Assembly: GCF_009914755.1 (NCBI RefSeq)
Contig: NC_060926.1
DNA from: the human T2T-CHM13v2.0 reference genome, Homo sapiens
DNA length: 64,000 bases
Strand: one strand, 5' to 3'
The notes beneath the pieces are model-generated. The model saw only the letters and a list, made by a program, of their open reading frames with translations. It had not been told where the DNA came from and ran no database searches. The number at the start of each line of letters is the position of its first letter. Position 1 is the first letter of the stretch. A program made the position numbers and the translations under genes. Below are positions 1 through 16,367 of the stretch, piece by piece.

Positions 1-1967
1 AGATAAAGGTAAGATTAAGTAGTAAATTTTAACACCTGCATCGGGTACTTCCTTCATTGTTTTTCTTTTTTCACTTCCAACTTGAATAATCAAACACTTG
101 AAGAAAATAGACCATCTTTATTCTCTGGCAAGTTCAACAAATGGGTTTATAAATTACTGAGTGTTTGTACAAATAATCTGAAAATCTGAATGTAGAGCTC
201 AGCAAAATTTGAAAGTTCTTACTGTGAAAGTTGGCAGTCATTTTCAAACCTTGCAATGTAGAAGATCAGTCTGAATATCTGATTAATATCAATGTATTAT
301 CAGTTGTTTACTGACTATCATTCACCATGCTGGATGGGAGATGGCAAAGGGAGGTAAGCAGAATAAAAAAATATCCAAATGCAGTGAAGAAACCCTGAAA
401 AAGTGGACAATGGTAACATTCAGACAAGATGCGGTGATACTAGATGAATAATACATTATTATGGCATGGATACAGCATTGATGATATGGGAGTGGCTATA
501 GATCCCATACATCACAAATCCTTTTGTTTTTCTTTTGTTTGTTTGTTTCTCAAATTCTATTTTTCTATCATTAGTAAAAAAAAAATAGTGTCAATGTTTT
601 TGATCATTTATTGTCTTCAGAAAATTTCTTACATATCTAGATTTATTTTAAGAACAATGTTTTCCCAGCTTAGCTTTCTTCTGTTTCCTTAATTTTTTCA
701 GGTTTAAAAACAGGTTACAAAAGACAATACTTTGCTTTGAGTATTTTGAATAAAGGAAAAGACTTGTATAAAACAAGCTGCTAGATTTTTCTTACAAGCA
801 GGTGTATGAGGAAGGGACTTCCACTATACACTCATTTGTCTATGTTTACCCAGCTGCCTTTCCTATTTTCTTCCTCCTTTATCTCTGTCTTCTCCTTCTT
901 CTCTTAGGCTAGGAGTAAGAGTTGTTGAAAAATTTAACACCCTTCCCAGTCTGATTGGAGACATGAGCAATGAGCTGGGGTGATAATAGATTCCTAATCT
1001 TTCAACCCATGAGACAAAGATGTCGAGAAAGCTTTGTAAAAGCTTCGTAAAATAATTGTAAAAGAAAGAAAATTCTAGACGAAAATGCAACTTAGTAATG
1101 ATTTTATGAATCTTGTCAGTGTCCTTTCTGCTCTCCATTTCTCACAAATCTCTATCTCATATAAAAGTGTGTTTTGCTTTAAGACATTCTTTAAGAGGCA
1201 AAGAAAAAGTCAAGTATGGGAGAACTAATAAGGAATTTGGTTTCTACTTAGACTTGTTACTAATTGCTGTGTAATCATGGGAAAAATTACTGTTTCTAGT
1301 AAATGGAGTGAAAAACCCAGAGACTAATGTTAGTAATCAAATTTAGCATCCTACCTGGATCCAGTTTAAATAATTTACCCATCACCTTGTTTCTAAAGTG
1401 GTTTTATTAGGACCTGAAAGTAACTAGAGGCTCATGAGGATGGAGGTTGAAATTAAATGCACAAATGTATGTTAAATGTATCCATGATATACAATCTCCT
1501 TCAAGAATGCTAGGAATAAAAGCTCATGGAAATAGTCTTTAAAACACCAAAGTATCTTACACATATCAGATTTTTATTTACCTGAGAATTACATTGAAAT
1601 ACTTTTATTTTTCTATTTTTCTTTTTCTTAATATTTTATTAAAGACCAATAAAGACTCTCCTCTCCCACTGCAAATTTTCCAAAACTCTATTCAAAGAGC
1701 TCACATTGCTTCTGTCTAATCTCTTCTTCTTCCTTTTTTTCTTGAATATTTATTCTTCTCTCCAGTAAGTAATCAGCTTTTAAATATAAATCTCTTAGCT
1801 TTTTCAACGACTTTATAGCTACTTCTGCTTCATACTAAGATCCAAAATCTGATAGGCTAACACTGTATCTGAGAAGGTAGTATGCTTGAAAAGAAAGATC
1901 CAGGGAATATCAATGGATTCTCCTTAGTGGGCAGGGGAAGTAGATGCTATAATCACTTAAGCTCTGA

Positions 1968-2034
1968 TCCTTCCCTCCTTCACTCCCTCCCTCCCTCTCT
2001 TCCTTTTCTCCTTCCTTCCTTCCTTTCTTCCTTT
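1968..2034. repeat. Pyrimidine-rich low-complexity tract, (TCCC/TTCC)n-like
   Basis: Visible run tccttccctccttcactccctccctccctctcttccttttctccttccttccttcc. Confidence 0.85.
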
Positions 2035-4502
2035 GCCTGTATGTTGTCTTCCTGCCTGCTTTCTGCATTATAATACTCATTCTTTTAAGTTTAAAGGCAA
2101 ATTATAACTCAGTCATAAATTATACCTGGTCAAATCAATCACAATTCTTAGACTTTATTTCTCTATCAATCAAGCTATTGATCAATCATCTACTTTGTAT
2201 AGCAATGTTAAGTTTTGATTATGCAGTAACCATTTTTCTCCCAATTCTTCACAGTGGTTAATATAACTTTATCTGGTTTGTGGAAATATGGAGAGTGTTT
2301 ACCAAGGGATTGTAGATTTGTAGTCTCTGCCTAGTCCTGGCTAATTATGCTCTCATAAATATCAGCCTTAAAAAAGTACAGCTCTCCGTTGACTAATTTA
2401 AATAAAACTGCTGCTCTCTCTGTTCTCTAATGAGCTTAATTTACAAACATATGTCCTAAACTGGTGAATTGGATGAGTTTATAATTAGGACTGAAAGAAG
2501 TGAGTCACTAACTGTGGCAAATATTGGTGATGAAAAAAGGTTGGAGGATGTACGACAGAGACTCGCAGAGACAAAGTGACTTTGTGATATGCTATAGCTG
2601 TTTGTAAGCATCTTTGAAATAGTTCCCACTCTCTATCAATATTTTCAAAAACAACTGATTCAACATAAGAAAGTACGTCGGGATTAACCTTATGCAGGAA
2701 AGAAAGTTACAATTGACGCTGCTTGTGCAACTGAAAGGACTGTCCAATTTGTCCCTTGCTCACACTTTAAAATTGAAGCCAGAATTAAGGGCAGAGAAAA
2801 TTTGTCAGTGTTTCTGAGGTAATAAACACCACTTCCTGTGTTTTACAAACTATTGAGAAAGAAAACCTGTGAGTAAGGAAAGGAAAATATAAATATTTGT
2901 GAATTCAAATCTAGGGTTCAATTAGAGAGTTTCTTTGTGCCTCTGGAAACCCATGAGCATCTGACTCTTTTCCTTTGCTGATGTATAATATATCATATTT
3001 CTCAACTTTGCCTTTAGCAGAATTTTCATATTATTTTTGTTATGCTTATTAAATCATATTATGAATATAGTTCTTTCCAAATTAGTTCAGTTGAAAAAAG
3101 TAATATCAGTTATTTCATGTAACTGTTATGGTTGATAATGACTTTAGAGCTTCTTACAGTTATATACTTGGCTCAAATACTACTGAGTGATATGGTTAAA
3201 GAGGATGTCTCTAATAATAGCTAATTAATATGATGAGAACAAAAGCTTTGTAGAAGATGGATGTAAAAAAATAGCATGAACTTCACAGGTGTAATAAACT
3301 TTTGAAAATAAGTTGTATATTGTTTCCTTAATTCCACTCTTTAAAGCTAATGTTTTCATTCAGAGCACTTATGAATATAAAACTTGTATAGAGTAAAATT
3401 ATATTAATCACAAAGACAATACCTATAACAAGATTTCTCTTTTATATAAGCTTCGATTAAAGTTTGAGAAATGCCATTTGTCATCCAAGTTATAATAGAT
3501 AAAAAATAGGATATCAATAGGTGCAAAAGCAAAGAAGCATGTATAAAAATCAACTAAAATGAGAACTTGAAAAGCTGGAGGTACTTCAATATTAGTGATC
3601 AGATAGAGATGCACCATACCAGAGGGAGGAAAAGTCACAGATGTACAATCAAGCCGCCACACAGCAGCGGAACCTGTTCTAAATCTGAACAGTAATATTT
3701 GCCATTTCCCATTTAGAAAAATGCCTTCTCTCAATTTTATATTCCCAAAGTACATATCTTCTGGCAATCTGTAACACTGTAGGCTCTTTGCTTGGTTTTC
3801 AATTTGGATTTTTAAAGTTACCATTTTAAAGCTACCATTGTCACCCAAAATTGATCTCATCTCTCCCTTTCATCTTCTACACTTCTGAACTACTGCTATA
3901 GTGTCATGATTTGATATCTGTGGGTAAAGCTTCTAAGAAGGAAACAATAGGAAGAAAGATTTCAGGGTAAAATGGTTATTGTCATTGAATGTAGGATTAT
4001 TGATAGAGTTTGTGAAATCATTAGGATACAGATACTTTGATGAACACAATATTGAATAATTTTAATAAAATAAAACACTCAAGTTGAAATATTAATTAGA
4101 AACACATTTAAGGCTTAAATGTATAGTAGATCAAATTATAAAAAGATAACACAAAAGTAATTGCTATCAATTTTCGCTTTGCTATGTGTCCACCCATAAA
4201 TGCATTATATAGTCTTATTAGATCCTTACAATTGAAAAACAGTAAAAATTAAGTGCATTTAATTAAACACATAAAATACATTTAAATAAACTTATAAATT
4301 GAATTATTTAAAATCTATATTGTCATCATAAATCAACACTCACAGGACAAGGGGATTAGAATTGTGTCCCAAGTATTGGCATATTATGTGTAAATTAAAA
4401 GAGGAAAAAGCAATGACAACTGAAGGAGCAATATGAATGAAGCTTAGGAGATGAGAATTGATAAGATGTTGAGTGAACATATAAAGAATGGATCACATAG
4501 AG

Positions 4503-4762
4503 CATGCCTTCTCAGTGAAAGCAATATTCCCCCCAAAAGGGCAAAATTGGTTTGGTGTAGAGGGAGAAAATCATAGAAAAAAATCTTAAATATTACAATG
4601 ATTTGTGGTCCTTTGAGACACAATTATATTTGACAAAATCTTATTCCTTAACATTTAATTGCTTTCATTAGGTAGACATTAAATAAAATTTTAATTAATT
4701 AAATTAAAATAAATTTTTTTTCAGGAGGGGCATCATAAAGACAAATAGATTGAGAAACACTG
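4503..4762. mobile_element. hAT-Charlie non-autonomous DNA transposon (MER112-like)
   Basis: Right terminus TTGAGAAACACTG (Charlie-type TIR) with degenerate left terminus CATGCCTTCTCAG; ~260 bp; internal gcaatattccccccaaaagggcaaaattgg and aaaaatcttaaatattacaatgatttgtgg resemble recalled consensus. Confidence 0.65.
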
Positions 4763-7700
4763 GTCAAAGATAGAAAATGTTTGGAAAAAACTTTAATGGC
4801 AATGTTGTTCTCATTTATTATAAATTCAAAAACAAAGAATTCAAGATAAAACATTCATTCAGGCTTCTTCAGTAGCACAAGCTACTTAATATGTTTAATG
4901 AAACTTGTTGTATTGTACTTTATGTCATAGGTATTTGTGTAAGTATTGAGGAAAGAGTCAGTCCATTGGTTTTATATTGATTGTCCTAGAAACTAGTCCA
5001 TCTTAGGCCCCCAGTGAAAGCTTGTTGAGTGAAAAAATTCACTACATAATAGTACTATCAAACTATTGTCTAGTTCATATTTAAATCTACAATCACTGAT
5101 AAATCTCCAGTTTCCCTAATAATTTTGAATTTTCACAATTGTAGTCACACTTTAGTTTGTTAAAATCATTCTTGAAATGGGTTGAACACTGAACTGAAAA
5201 CAGTACTACTACCAAGGTCTAATAAAAATAGAAGAAAAAAAGATAGACATGCTTCTCAAAACTTTCCGTTTTGACAGCAGCCTAAGGTACTATTGGATAT
5301 ATTAGCTGTGACATTCACGGTTGATTCAAATCTAGCTTAATCTCAATGGTTACTCTTAAATCTTCTTTGTCTCTGCTGTTAAGCTATTTTTTTTCAGCAG
5401 CAGAGGTAAAATATTTGTTTAATAAATTCAAAAGAGAATACTTTAATAATGAAAATTTATCTTATTGTGTTCAGTCCAACATTCCAGTCTGTTTTTGAAA
5501 CTTTTTTAAAATGTGAAACTTTCATCTATTCACCTTCTTTCAAGTATCATGACATTTGGTCATTTGATAAGAATTCCACTCATGTGCATCCAAGTGAATT
5601 ATTAGAAATGATGTAAGAAATCTCTCATGGCATATCTTTTTCCAGGTTTACGTTCACTTATTAATCATCAATCTTCCAATAAAGCTATTTAATAAATTAG
5701 AAATGCACTGAATCATATTACCATCTATTGCACATGTAACAATATAAATCTCAATAATATAATGTGATACTTTAAAAAGTGCATTCGAATTGCTGAATCC
5801 GGAAATCATGATTGTAGCTGTCAACTGGTATAACAGTCGGGTAACACAACAAAAAGGAAAAAAAGGAACTTTAGCTCTCATGATCTATTTAGTGAGTGTA
5901 TTTTTTTCTTAAATTCTTACAAACTATGTTAGAAAAGTGATTTATATGAAATATTATCATGTTTTGATATAATTCACCTTCCTGTGTTTCTTTTAAAGAG
6001 AAAAAAAATATGTGCAAAGGCTCACCTAAGTGAACTGGTAGAGGAGATGAAAAAATAACCTCCCTTAGAGCCAAGAGGTGCATGGAAGAGCACAACAATA
6101 CAGATAGAAAGAAGAAAAAATGAGATGTCCAGAATAAAGTTCTCTTTTAATCAATAACACTTATTAGCATCCTAATTCTAGAATTCATGGAGCTCACTTT
6201 GAAAAATTCTGATTTAGGACAATTATTTTGCTAAAAAGTACCCTGGGGTAGTTAACGCCTCCCTCTTCTTACCTGACCCATGCTTTTATTAATGAAAATG
6301 TCAATGTGAGGACCATTAAAAGCTCATTTCCTACACTTTTCCACACACAAGAATTTTTAAACAATATCTGACAGATGGCTGTGTATCTAGTTAGGAATGT
6401 TTTCCCGAGAAGTTATTCCATAATCTTCTGCAGCCAACTGTTCAAATACCCAGCTGTCCCTCCTAATCAAGAAGTATTTATTTAGATTTAACCAAAGAAG
6501 AAATTAAATGTTCAAAAGTAAAAAAAATCACAATGATTCCTCAACATGTCAATCTTAACAACTGAACCAAGGAAAAGAGGGAGACATAGTTATTTTCTAG
6601 GAGATTTAGAGTCTTTAGTCCAATTTTGAAAATTCAGTTTCCAATTCAGGGAATATTAATATTGAGACTTAAAAATAATGGTCATGCATGTCTGCATTCA
6701 ACCTGTCCAGAAATCTGTAGTCTTCAATGTATAGAGACAAATTTTGGAGTAGTGCTTGAATTTAAGGTTCAATGAGAAACATTTGATACACTTTCTTGGA
6801 TTCTAAGATATGACAAATTTGTTAAAACAATCAGTGGACTTGATAATATCAAGAGCTCTTGAGCCAAAGACTTGGGGAATCTAAGTTATGTTATCCAAAC
6901 CTCAAAACCTCAGAACTGCCTTTATTCTTATTGATGACATGAATGTTTCATGGTTCCTTGGAAAGTTTTATTTACCAACATTTAGAGTAGAGAAGGAGTG
7001 CTATAAAATCATACTCCTCTCCCTCACTTGAAACTCTCAACTATAACCTGTCTCTGGACACCTGCTTCCGATACGTTTGCCAAGACATCTATGCATTCTC
7101 ATTTGAAAATAGATCCATCAGATGTCAAGTATCTCCTTATGAATGTTGAATTTTACACCCCTATTTAGCACCTTATAAAACATAATCTATATATAAGAAT
7201 TTAACATATACCATTTTAATTATTTTGATGCAAATTTATCACAGCAAATTTTAACAATTTATTATTTAGTCTCTGCAGAGAGAGCAGATTAAGGCTGCTT
7301 ATCAATTCAACAAACATTTATGTAAGCTGCATATAAGCTCCTTGTATTTTAACCTCTATTATTTCACAAACAAGGATTGAATGTGTTATTCTGTTCTCAG
7401 ACATTTTCTTTCCTTCAGATTTTTTAACCCATCCCTGTGGCAGTTATAGCCACTCTTCCCTAAAATTCCTATGCCAAACTTGTCTTTGCCGAAAAGATTG
7501 TCTGGATTAATTTAACCAGCTCCAATAATCCTATCTCATTTCTTTTTATCACCTATACACTTTGCTAGTCCACATTTATTATCCTTCTTAATATTTATAG
7601 TTTACATAATTGTGACCTACAACTTTATCTGAACAGGAATCACAAAGTTTATCAGTGTCTCAGGCCTTATATTCATTACTTTGAGACTCATGTTCCATAA

Positions 7701-8639
7701 CCATAGTGTTACTGACAAGCACTATACCTACCTTTCTCCCTGAGGATATCAGTATTTCTTTGTTAGTTGTATCACCTCCTCACTTAATTACTAAAGTGAA
7801 GGCCAATCCAAAAGTGAAAACAAATACATTCTCAGAGACACCTCACAACCATATCGCATTATTCATGGAAGAGAACAAACATATTCTCAACCCAAAATAA
7901 TTATCCTTGAATTCAGGAGTTTAAAAATATTTGTTGAGAACTCCCATAAGCTTTTGTAATTTAGCCTCTTGTATCCCCAGCTCCCTTTCTATCTCTTTCA
8001 GTCAATGAAAGAGAAAAGTTAATCTATACTATTAAGAGTTTCAAAATTTAAAAGAAACATAATATATGTTCTTCCAAATTCTGAACCAAATGATAAATCG
8101 AGCATCTAGGAGATAATTCAGCTAGTATATATTTTTTTCTCCTGCATTGGAGACCAAGCTTGGACTCATGAACCTAAATGGCCTGCTTTACTTAACTAGC
8201 TGAATTGGTTTAATTCACCATATTGCAGAAAAGCAGCTGAGAGGTGCAGATAAACAGCAGCCCTGGTGAGCCTACATTATACAAGAAGCAGCACAGAAAA
8301 CAGTCACCATTAACAACCAAGCAGGACTCACACATGGCACCGTATAACCCAAAACTTCTAACACATTAATCTCCCTTGGAGTGACCAGGGCTGTCAATTG
8401 TCCTAGTATTAATTAAGGTTGGGTTGACTGAAGAAGGAGGAGAGAGGGCCCAGGAGATTTTCTTTCTCTATTTCCTCTCTGCTGAGAAGTCTGCTCTTGA
8501 AAAGATGAGAAAGCAGGAATTAATGTTTCCTCTAACAAAATGCCCAGGGAAGATCCCAAAGGTATTCAAAGATATTCCACACGTACTGTTTTCTGAAAGA
8601 ATGGCCAGTGTGGGATAGGACTTTCCACATTTGAAAGTA

Positions 8640-9500
8640 ATCATCAAAGAAAAAAAGCAACATACGTGGTAAGAATACATTTAGAGCAAAGTATAGGAAA
8701 TGCAACATACATATAACACAAGGAAAAACATCTCAGAAAACTAACCCTAGAAAGCAGTTGAAAATACTATTCTCAAATAAATTGCACTTGCAAGAAAATT
8801 AATGCACACAGGTTAAATGAAATAGAAATTGATAAAACAACAATATGAGATAAAAAGGGATTTGATGGAATTATGAAAAGAGATATTGAACAACGAAAAA
8901 CATTCACATGCAGCAAGATGCAGAGCAGACATGCAAATTAAAAAAACCCCAAACAAATAAAGAAACAACAACCAACAAGTCTGTGAACTGGATCACAGCC
9001 TCAAGAAAAATCAATGGTATGCAGGGACACAATCAAAAAGATGAAAGTCAACAGAGAAAATAGAACAGATATGGCAGAGGATAAAGGGCCATTTCAGTGA
9101 TAAAGAGCCAATAGACAGACATCCCTAGGGTTGCAAAATAAATCTATAATATTGAAATGGACATAATTTTGAAAATATAATAAAATAATTTTATGTAATG
9201 AAAGAAACATTAATTGAAAGAAAATCACTGTATATTGAAAAGGTCAATTCCAAAGCATTTCCTCGCAAAATGCTTGAAATTGAAGACAAAAATATTATTT
9301 CTTTGTGAGCATTCAGGCCTGTGCAGCAGTTTAATACAAAGGATGTATTTTAAAAACACAAATGCAGGCTTCCTGCAGTTAGCAGGCAATGAAAAATATA
9401 TACACTTTCAAAGGAAAGAGGGCACTCTGAGAATTCTGTAAATGGTTAAAATACACACAACACCAACGGCAAGATGCCCTTAATTATACAATAGCTCAGG
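8640..9500 (+). mobile_element. Highly decayed old L1 (L1M/HAL1) ORF1-region remnant
   Basis: A-rich strand with ORF1-like phrases (gaaaatataataaaataatttt, ccaaagcatttcctcgcaaaat, gagaattctgta); boundaries approximate. Confidence 0.4.
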
Positions 9501-9760
9501 ACTTTTCACCAACAATTCCAGGGGTATCACTCCCATTTGTGTGTGTATGGAGGGTACCTACAAAACTGTGCCATATACAATGTGTGGGCTTGTATGTGCT
9601 TCAAAACCAAAACAATAGGATATTGACCACAATAGAATCAAAATATAGTAACCACAAATGAGAAAGTCCTAGATTGAATACTGAACCTGGAAAATAAATG
9701 TGATGAGGACATTAAATATTATTATATGAAAAAAAGTCATAACCTTGGAGACTTCAAAAA

Positions 9761-12700
9761 AGACTATTTGGAGCAGTTTTAGGTTCACAGCAAAATTAAG
9801 AGGAAGGTAGAGAATTGTCATATACCCCTTGTCTCCACACATGCATAGCCTCTCCCATTATCAACATCTTCCACCAGAGTGGTACATTTACGACAGTTGA
9901 AGAACCTTCATTGACGCATCATAATTACCCAACGTCCATAGTTTACATGGGTTCACTCTTGGTAGGCTGCACATTCTATGGGTTTGAACAAATGTGTAAT
10001 GACATATATTCATTATTATAGTATCAAAGAGAGAATTTTCACAGCCTTCAAAATCCTGTATGCTTGGCCTATTCATATCTCCCTACCCTCAACCTCTAGC
10101 ATTGCCTTTTTCAGACTAGCATATAGTTGGAATCATACAGTACATAACCTTTTCAGATTGACTTTTTTTCACTTAGTAATAATATGTACTTAAGGTTTCT
10201 CCATGTCTTCCCAGCTTACTTCTTTTTAGTGCTGAATAATGTTCCGTTGTTGGAATGTGCTACAGTTTATTCGTTCAACTACTGAGGAATATCTTGGTTG
10301 CTCCAAATTTTGGCAATTATGATTAAAGCTGCTATAAATATGCATGTGCAGGCCTTTTTTCTGGACATAAGTTTTCAACTCATTTGGGTAAATACCAAGG
10401 AGTGTGATTATTGGATCATATCATAAGAGTATGTTTAGTTTTGTAAGCAATCACCAAACTGTTTTCCAAAGTGGCTGTACGTACCATTTTTCATTTCCAT
10501 TACCAATAAATGAGAGTTCCTGTTGCTCTACGTACTTGACAGCATTTGGTGTTGCCATTGTTCTGAATTTTGGCCATTCGATTAGGTGTGTAGTAGCATC
10601 TTGTTTTAATTTCTATGGGCTTTATAACGTATCATATGAAGAATTCTTTATATGCTTATTTGACAGCTCTGTATCTTCTTTGGTGAGGTGCATAGTAAGA
10701 TTTTTGGCCCATTTTGAAATTGGATTGCTTGTTTTCTTATTGTTGAGTTTTAAGTGTTCTTTATAGATTTTGGATAACAGTTCTTTATTAGATGTGTCTT
10801 TTGCAAATATTTTTTCCCAGTCTGTGGCTTGTCTTCTCATTCTCTTCACATTGTTTTTCACAAAGCAGAAGTTTTTAATCTTAATGTAGCTTATCAATTA
10901 TTTCTTTCATGGATCATTCCTTTGGTATTGTATCTAAATAATCATTGCCATACCCAAGACCATCTCAGTTTTATCCTGTGTTATTTTCTAGGAGTTTTAT
11001 AGATTTCCATTTTATATTTAGGTCTATGATCCATTTTTGAGTGAATTTTTGTGATAGGTGTAAGGTTTGTGTCTACATTCATTTTTTTTCTTACATGTGG
11101 ATATCCAATTATCCAAGCACTGTTTGTTTAAAAGACTATTTTTGTTTCACTGAATTGTCTTTGCTCCTTTTTCAAAGATCAGTTGACTATATTTATATGG
11201 GTCTATTTCTGGTATCTGTATTCTATTTCATAGATTTACTCATTTTTTCCTTCACTAATACCACACTTCTTAAGTACTGCAGCTTTATAATCTTGAAGTT
11301 GAGTTGCATCAGTCCTCCAACTGTGTTCTTCTCCTTCAATATTGTGTTGGCTATTCTGGGTCTTTTACCTCTTCATAGAAACTTCTGAGTCATTTTCCTC
11401 TTCATAGAAACTTTTGAGTCGTTGTGTATATCCACAAAATAACTTTCTGGGGTTTTCACTGAGATTGCATTGAATCTATAGACCAAGTTGAGAGAAACTG
11501 ACTTCTTGACAATATTGTCTTCCTATCATGAACAATAAATACAAGGAATTTCTGTCAATTTATTTAATTGTTCTTTGCTTTCATTCTTCAGAGTTTTGTA
11601 TTTTTTCTCCTATAGAATTGATACATATTTTGTAAGATTTATATCTAAATATTTTCTCTTCTGGGCTGCTAATATAAATAGTATTGTATTTTTAATTTCA
11701 AATTCCACTTTTTTATTATAACCTTGTATATTAACCTTGTATCCAGCAACCTTACTATAATCACTTATAAGTTCTGTAAGTGTTTTTGTTGATTCATTTG
11801 GATTTTCTACATTGAAAATAATGTCATATATGAACAAAGAATGTTTTATTTCTTCCTTCACATTTATTACTTTTAATCGATACATGTCATAATATTTAAA
11901 GTGGCTTTCCTGTGGATAACATATATTTGGCTCTTGTTTTTTGATCCATTCTGACAAGCTTTTTTAATCAGTACAGACCTTTGACTTCAAAGTGATTATT
12001 GGTAGAATAATTATTGGATTACTATCTACCATATTTGTTGATATTTTCTATTTGTTGCCCTTGTGTTTTTTTCACATTTTTGCTTTTTACTCTTTTTCTG
12101 CCTGTTTTGGCTTTAACTAAACATTTTATATAATTCACTTTTTTCTTCTTTCTTATAATAACAGTTATACTTCCTTTTCAACTTTTGACTCTTTGCCCCA
12201 GAGCTTGCAGTATACACTTAAAATAATCCAAGTCAACTTTCAAGTACTGTTATAACATTTCAATGATAGTATGGGTATTTTATAATAACAGAATAATCTT
12301 AATTTCTCCCTTTCATTCCTTATATAATTACTGTCATTCATTTTACTTATATATAAACAAAAATAGGCATATGTATATACATTATATATGTACAGATAAG
12401 TATACATAGTTCAATACATAGTTGTTATTATTATTTTAAAAAATAATTATCTATTAAGTCAACTAAGAATTAGAAAAATAAAATTTTTTTTTACTTTTAC
12501 TTATTTCTTCTTTGGTACTTTTCCTTTCTGTGTAGAGACTGCATTTCTGATCTATATAATTTTCCTTTTATCTGAATAATTTCTTTTAACACCTCCTGTA
12601 AGGAAGGTCAATGGACAATTTTTTTTTTTTCATTTTTGTTTGTTTGAGAAAGTCTTTATTCTTCCTTTAGTTTTGTAGGATAATTTAGCAGGGTACAAAA

Positions 12701-14257
12701 TTTTACATTTTATTTTCTCTCAACACTAAATATGTCACTCTATTCTCTTGCTTGTATGGTTTCTGAGGAGAAATTAGATGTGACTCTTTGTTTTATCATA
12801 GGTAGGGTTTTTTACCCTCTGACTTATAGAGTCTTTTCTTTAGCTTCAATTTTCTATAATGTAATAATTATATGCCTAGGTGTAGGTTTTTTGTTTTTAA
12901 TTTATCCTGCTTGTTGTTCTCTGAGCTTCTTGAATATATGGTTTGGTATCTGACAGTCTGACATTTACTTGGGGATATTCTCAGTTACTATTTCAAATAT
13001 TTTTCCATTCTCTCTTTTTCTTCTTCTTCTTCATGATGCATATGTTACACCTTTTGTAATTGTCCCACAGCCCTTGGATATTCTGATCTTTTTTTAATGT
13101 CTCTGTTTTCTTTGCTTTTCAATTTTAGAAGTTTCTATTGATGATATATTCTCATGCTCAAAGATTTTTTCCTAAGCTGTGTCCAGTCTATGAATATCAA
13201 AGGCTCACTTCATTTCTGCTATGGCATTTTTGATGTCTAGCATTTCACTTTTATTCTTTCTTAGGATTTTCATCTCTGTGCTTACATTGCTCATCTGTTC
13301 TTGCAGGCTGTCTTCTTTATCCTTTAGAACCCTTTGTACATTAATCACAGCTGCTTTAAATTTCTGGTCTGATATTTCCAACATACTGGCCATGTCTGAT
13401 TTGATGTTTGGGCTCTCTTTTCAAGTTGTGTTTTTGTATTTTGATATGCCTTTTAATTTTTTTCCAAATAGCCAGAGGGCATGATGTACTACTGGGTAAC
13501 AGGAACTGCTATAAATAGGCCTTTAGTTTTTTGGTGGTAAGTTGTGGGAAGAAAAACACTCTATAGTCCTAAGATTAGGACTCGATTTTTTGGTGAACCT
13601 ATGTCTTTGGATGGTAAACTTCATAAGGATCTTGGCTTTTTCCCCTCCTTAAGTAGGACGGGATGACTAGCATGATTGGAGTTGAGTATTTCCCTTCTGC
13701 CACATGGAAGACTAGATGGAGCTGAAGTTGGGTATTTCCCTTCTGCTAGGTAAGTTAGGATAATACCCCAGCAGTTAAGGCTCTGTCCAACCAGCTTCTC
13801 CTGAGGACAGACCTTGCTCAGAACAGAATGCTTTGGTGTATTTCCAAAGGGATCCTTTTCCTTTCTGCTTGATGGAAGCAAGAGGGATTTTTCTTCATTA
13901 TTTACTGTGTGAACTTTGTTGAGCTTCTGGAGGTAAATCTCATAATATTGTAGGGGACCCCCTAAAGCTGGATGTCCGTGGAGTTTTTAACTCTCAGATG
14001 TGACCACCCTGTGCCTCCAGCAAACTGTCAATTGCAGTTCAGGTTTTCCTACCTTGGCACTCATTCGTGCTGTGCTTCCTGCTCCAGTAAGCCAGGACTC
14101 CCTGTATTTGTTTGTCTTCCTAGCCTAGGAAGCAGTGATTTTTCCCTGCTTACAAACCCAAGAAAACTTGTTGATTTTTGTCTACTCAGCTTTTTGCTTC
14201 TTCTTAAAATGGAGTAGTAACTTTCAAACTCTTTTCATGAGGAACTAGAAACCTAAT
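9761..14257 (-). mobile_element. Near full-length L1MC (L1MC1/2-like 3' end), internally deleted and inactive
   Basis: 3'UTR gagcagttttaggttcacagcaaaatt...ccaccagagtggtacattt; ORF2 C-terminal remnant RQATDWEKIFAKDTSNKELLSKIYKE (10622-10897); EN/RT remnant (11610-11957); ORF1 coiled-coil-like remnant (13205-13393); L1MC-type 5' end near 14150-14257. Confidence 0.85.
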
Positions 14258-14259
14258 CT

Positions 14260-16360
<2,101 letters not shown>

Positions 16361-16367
16361 GTCACTA

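Noticed and set aside
3423-3860. 145-aa ORF on the - strand
   Set aside because: Non-ATG start, no recognisable domain, composition typical of AT-rich non-coding DNA; length is compatible with chance
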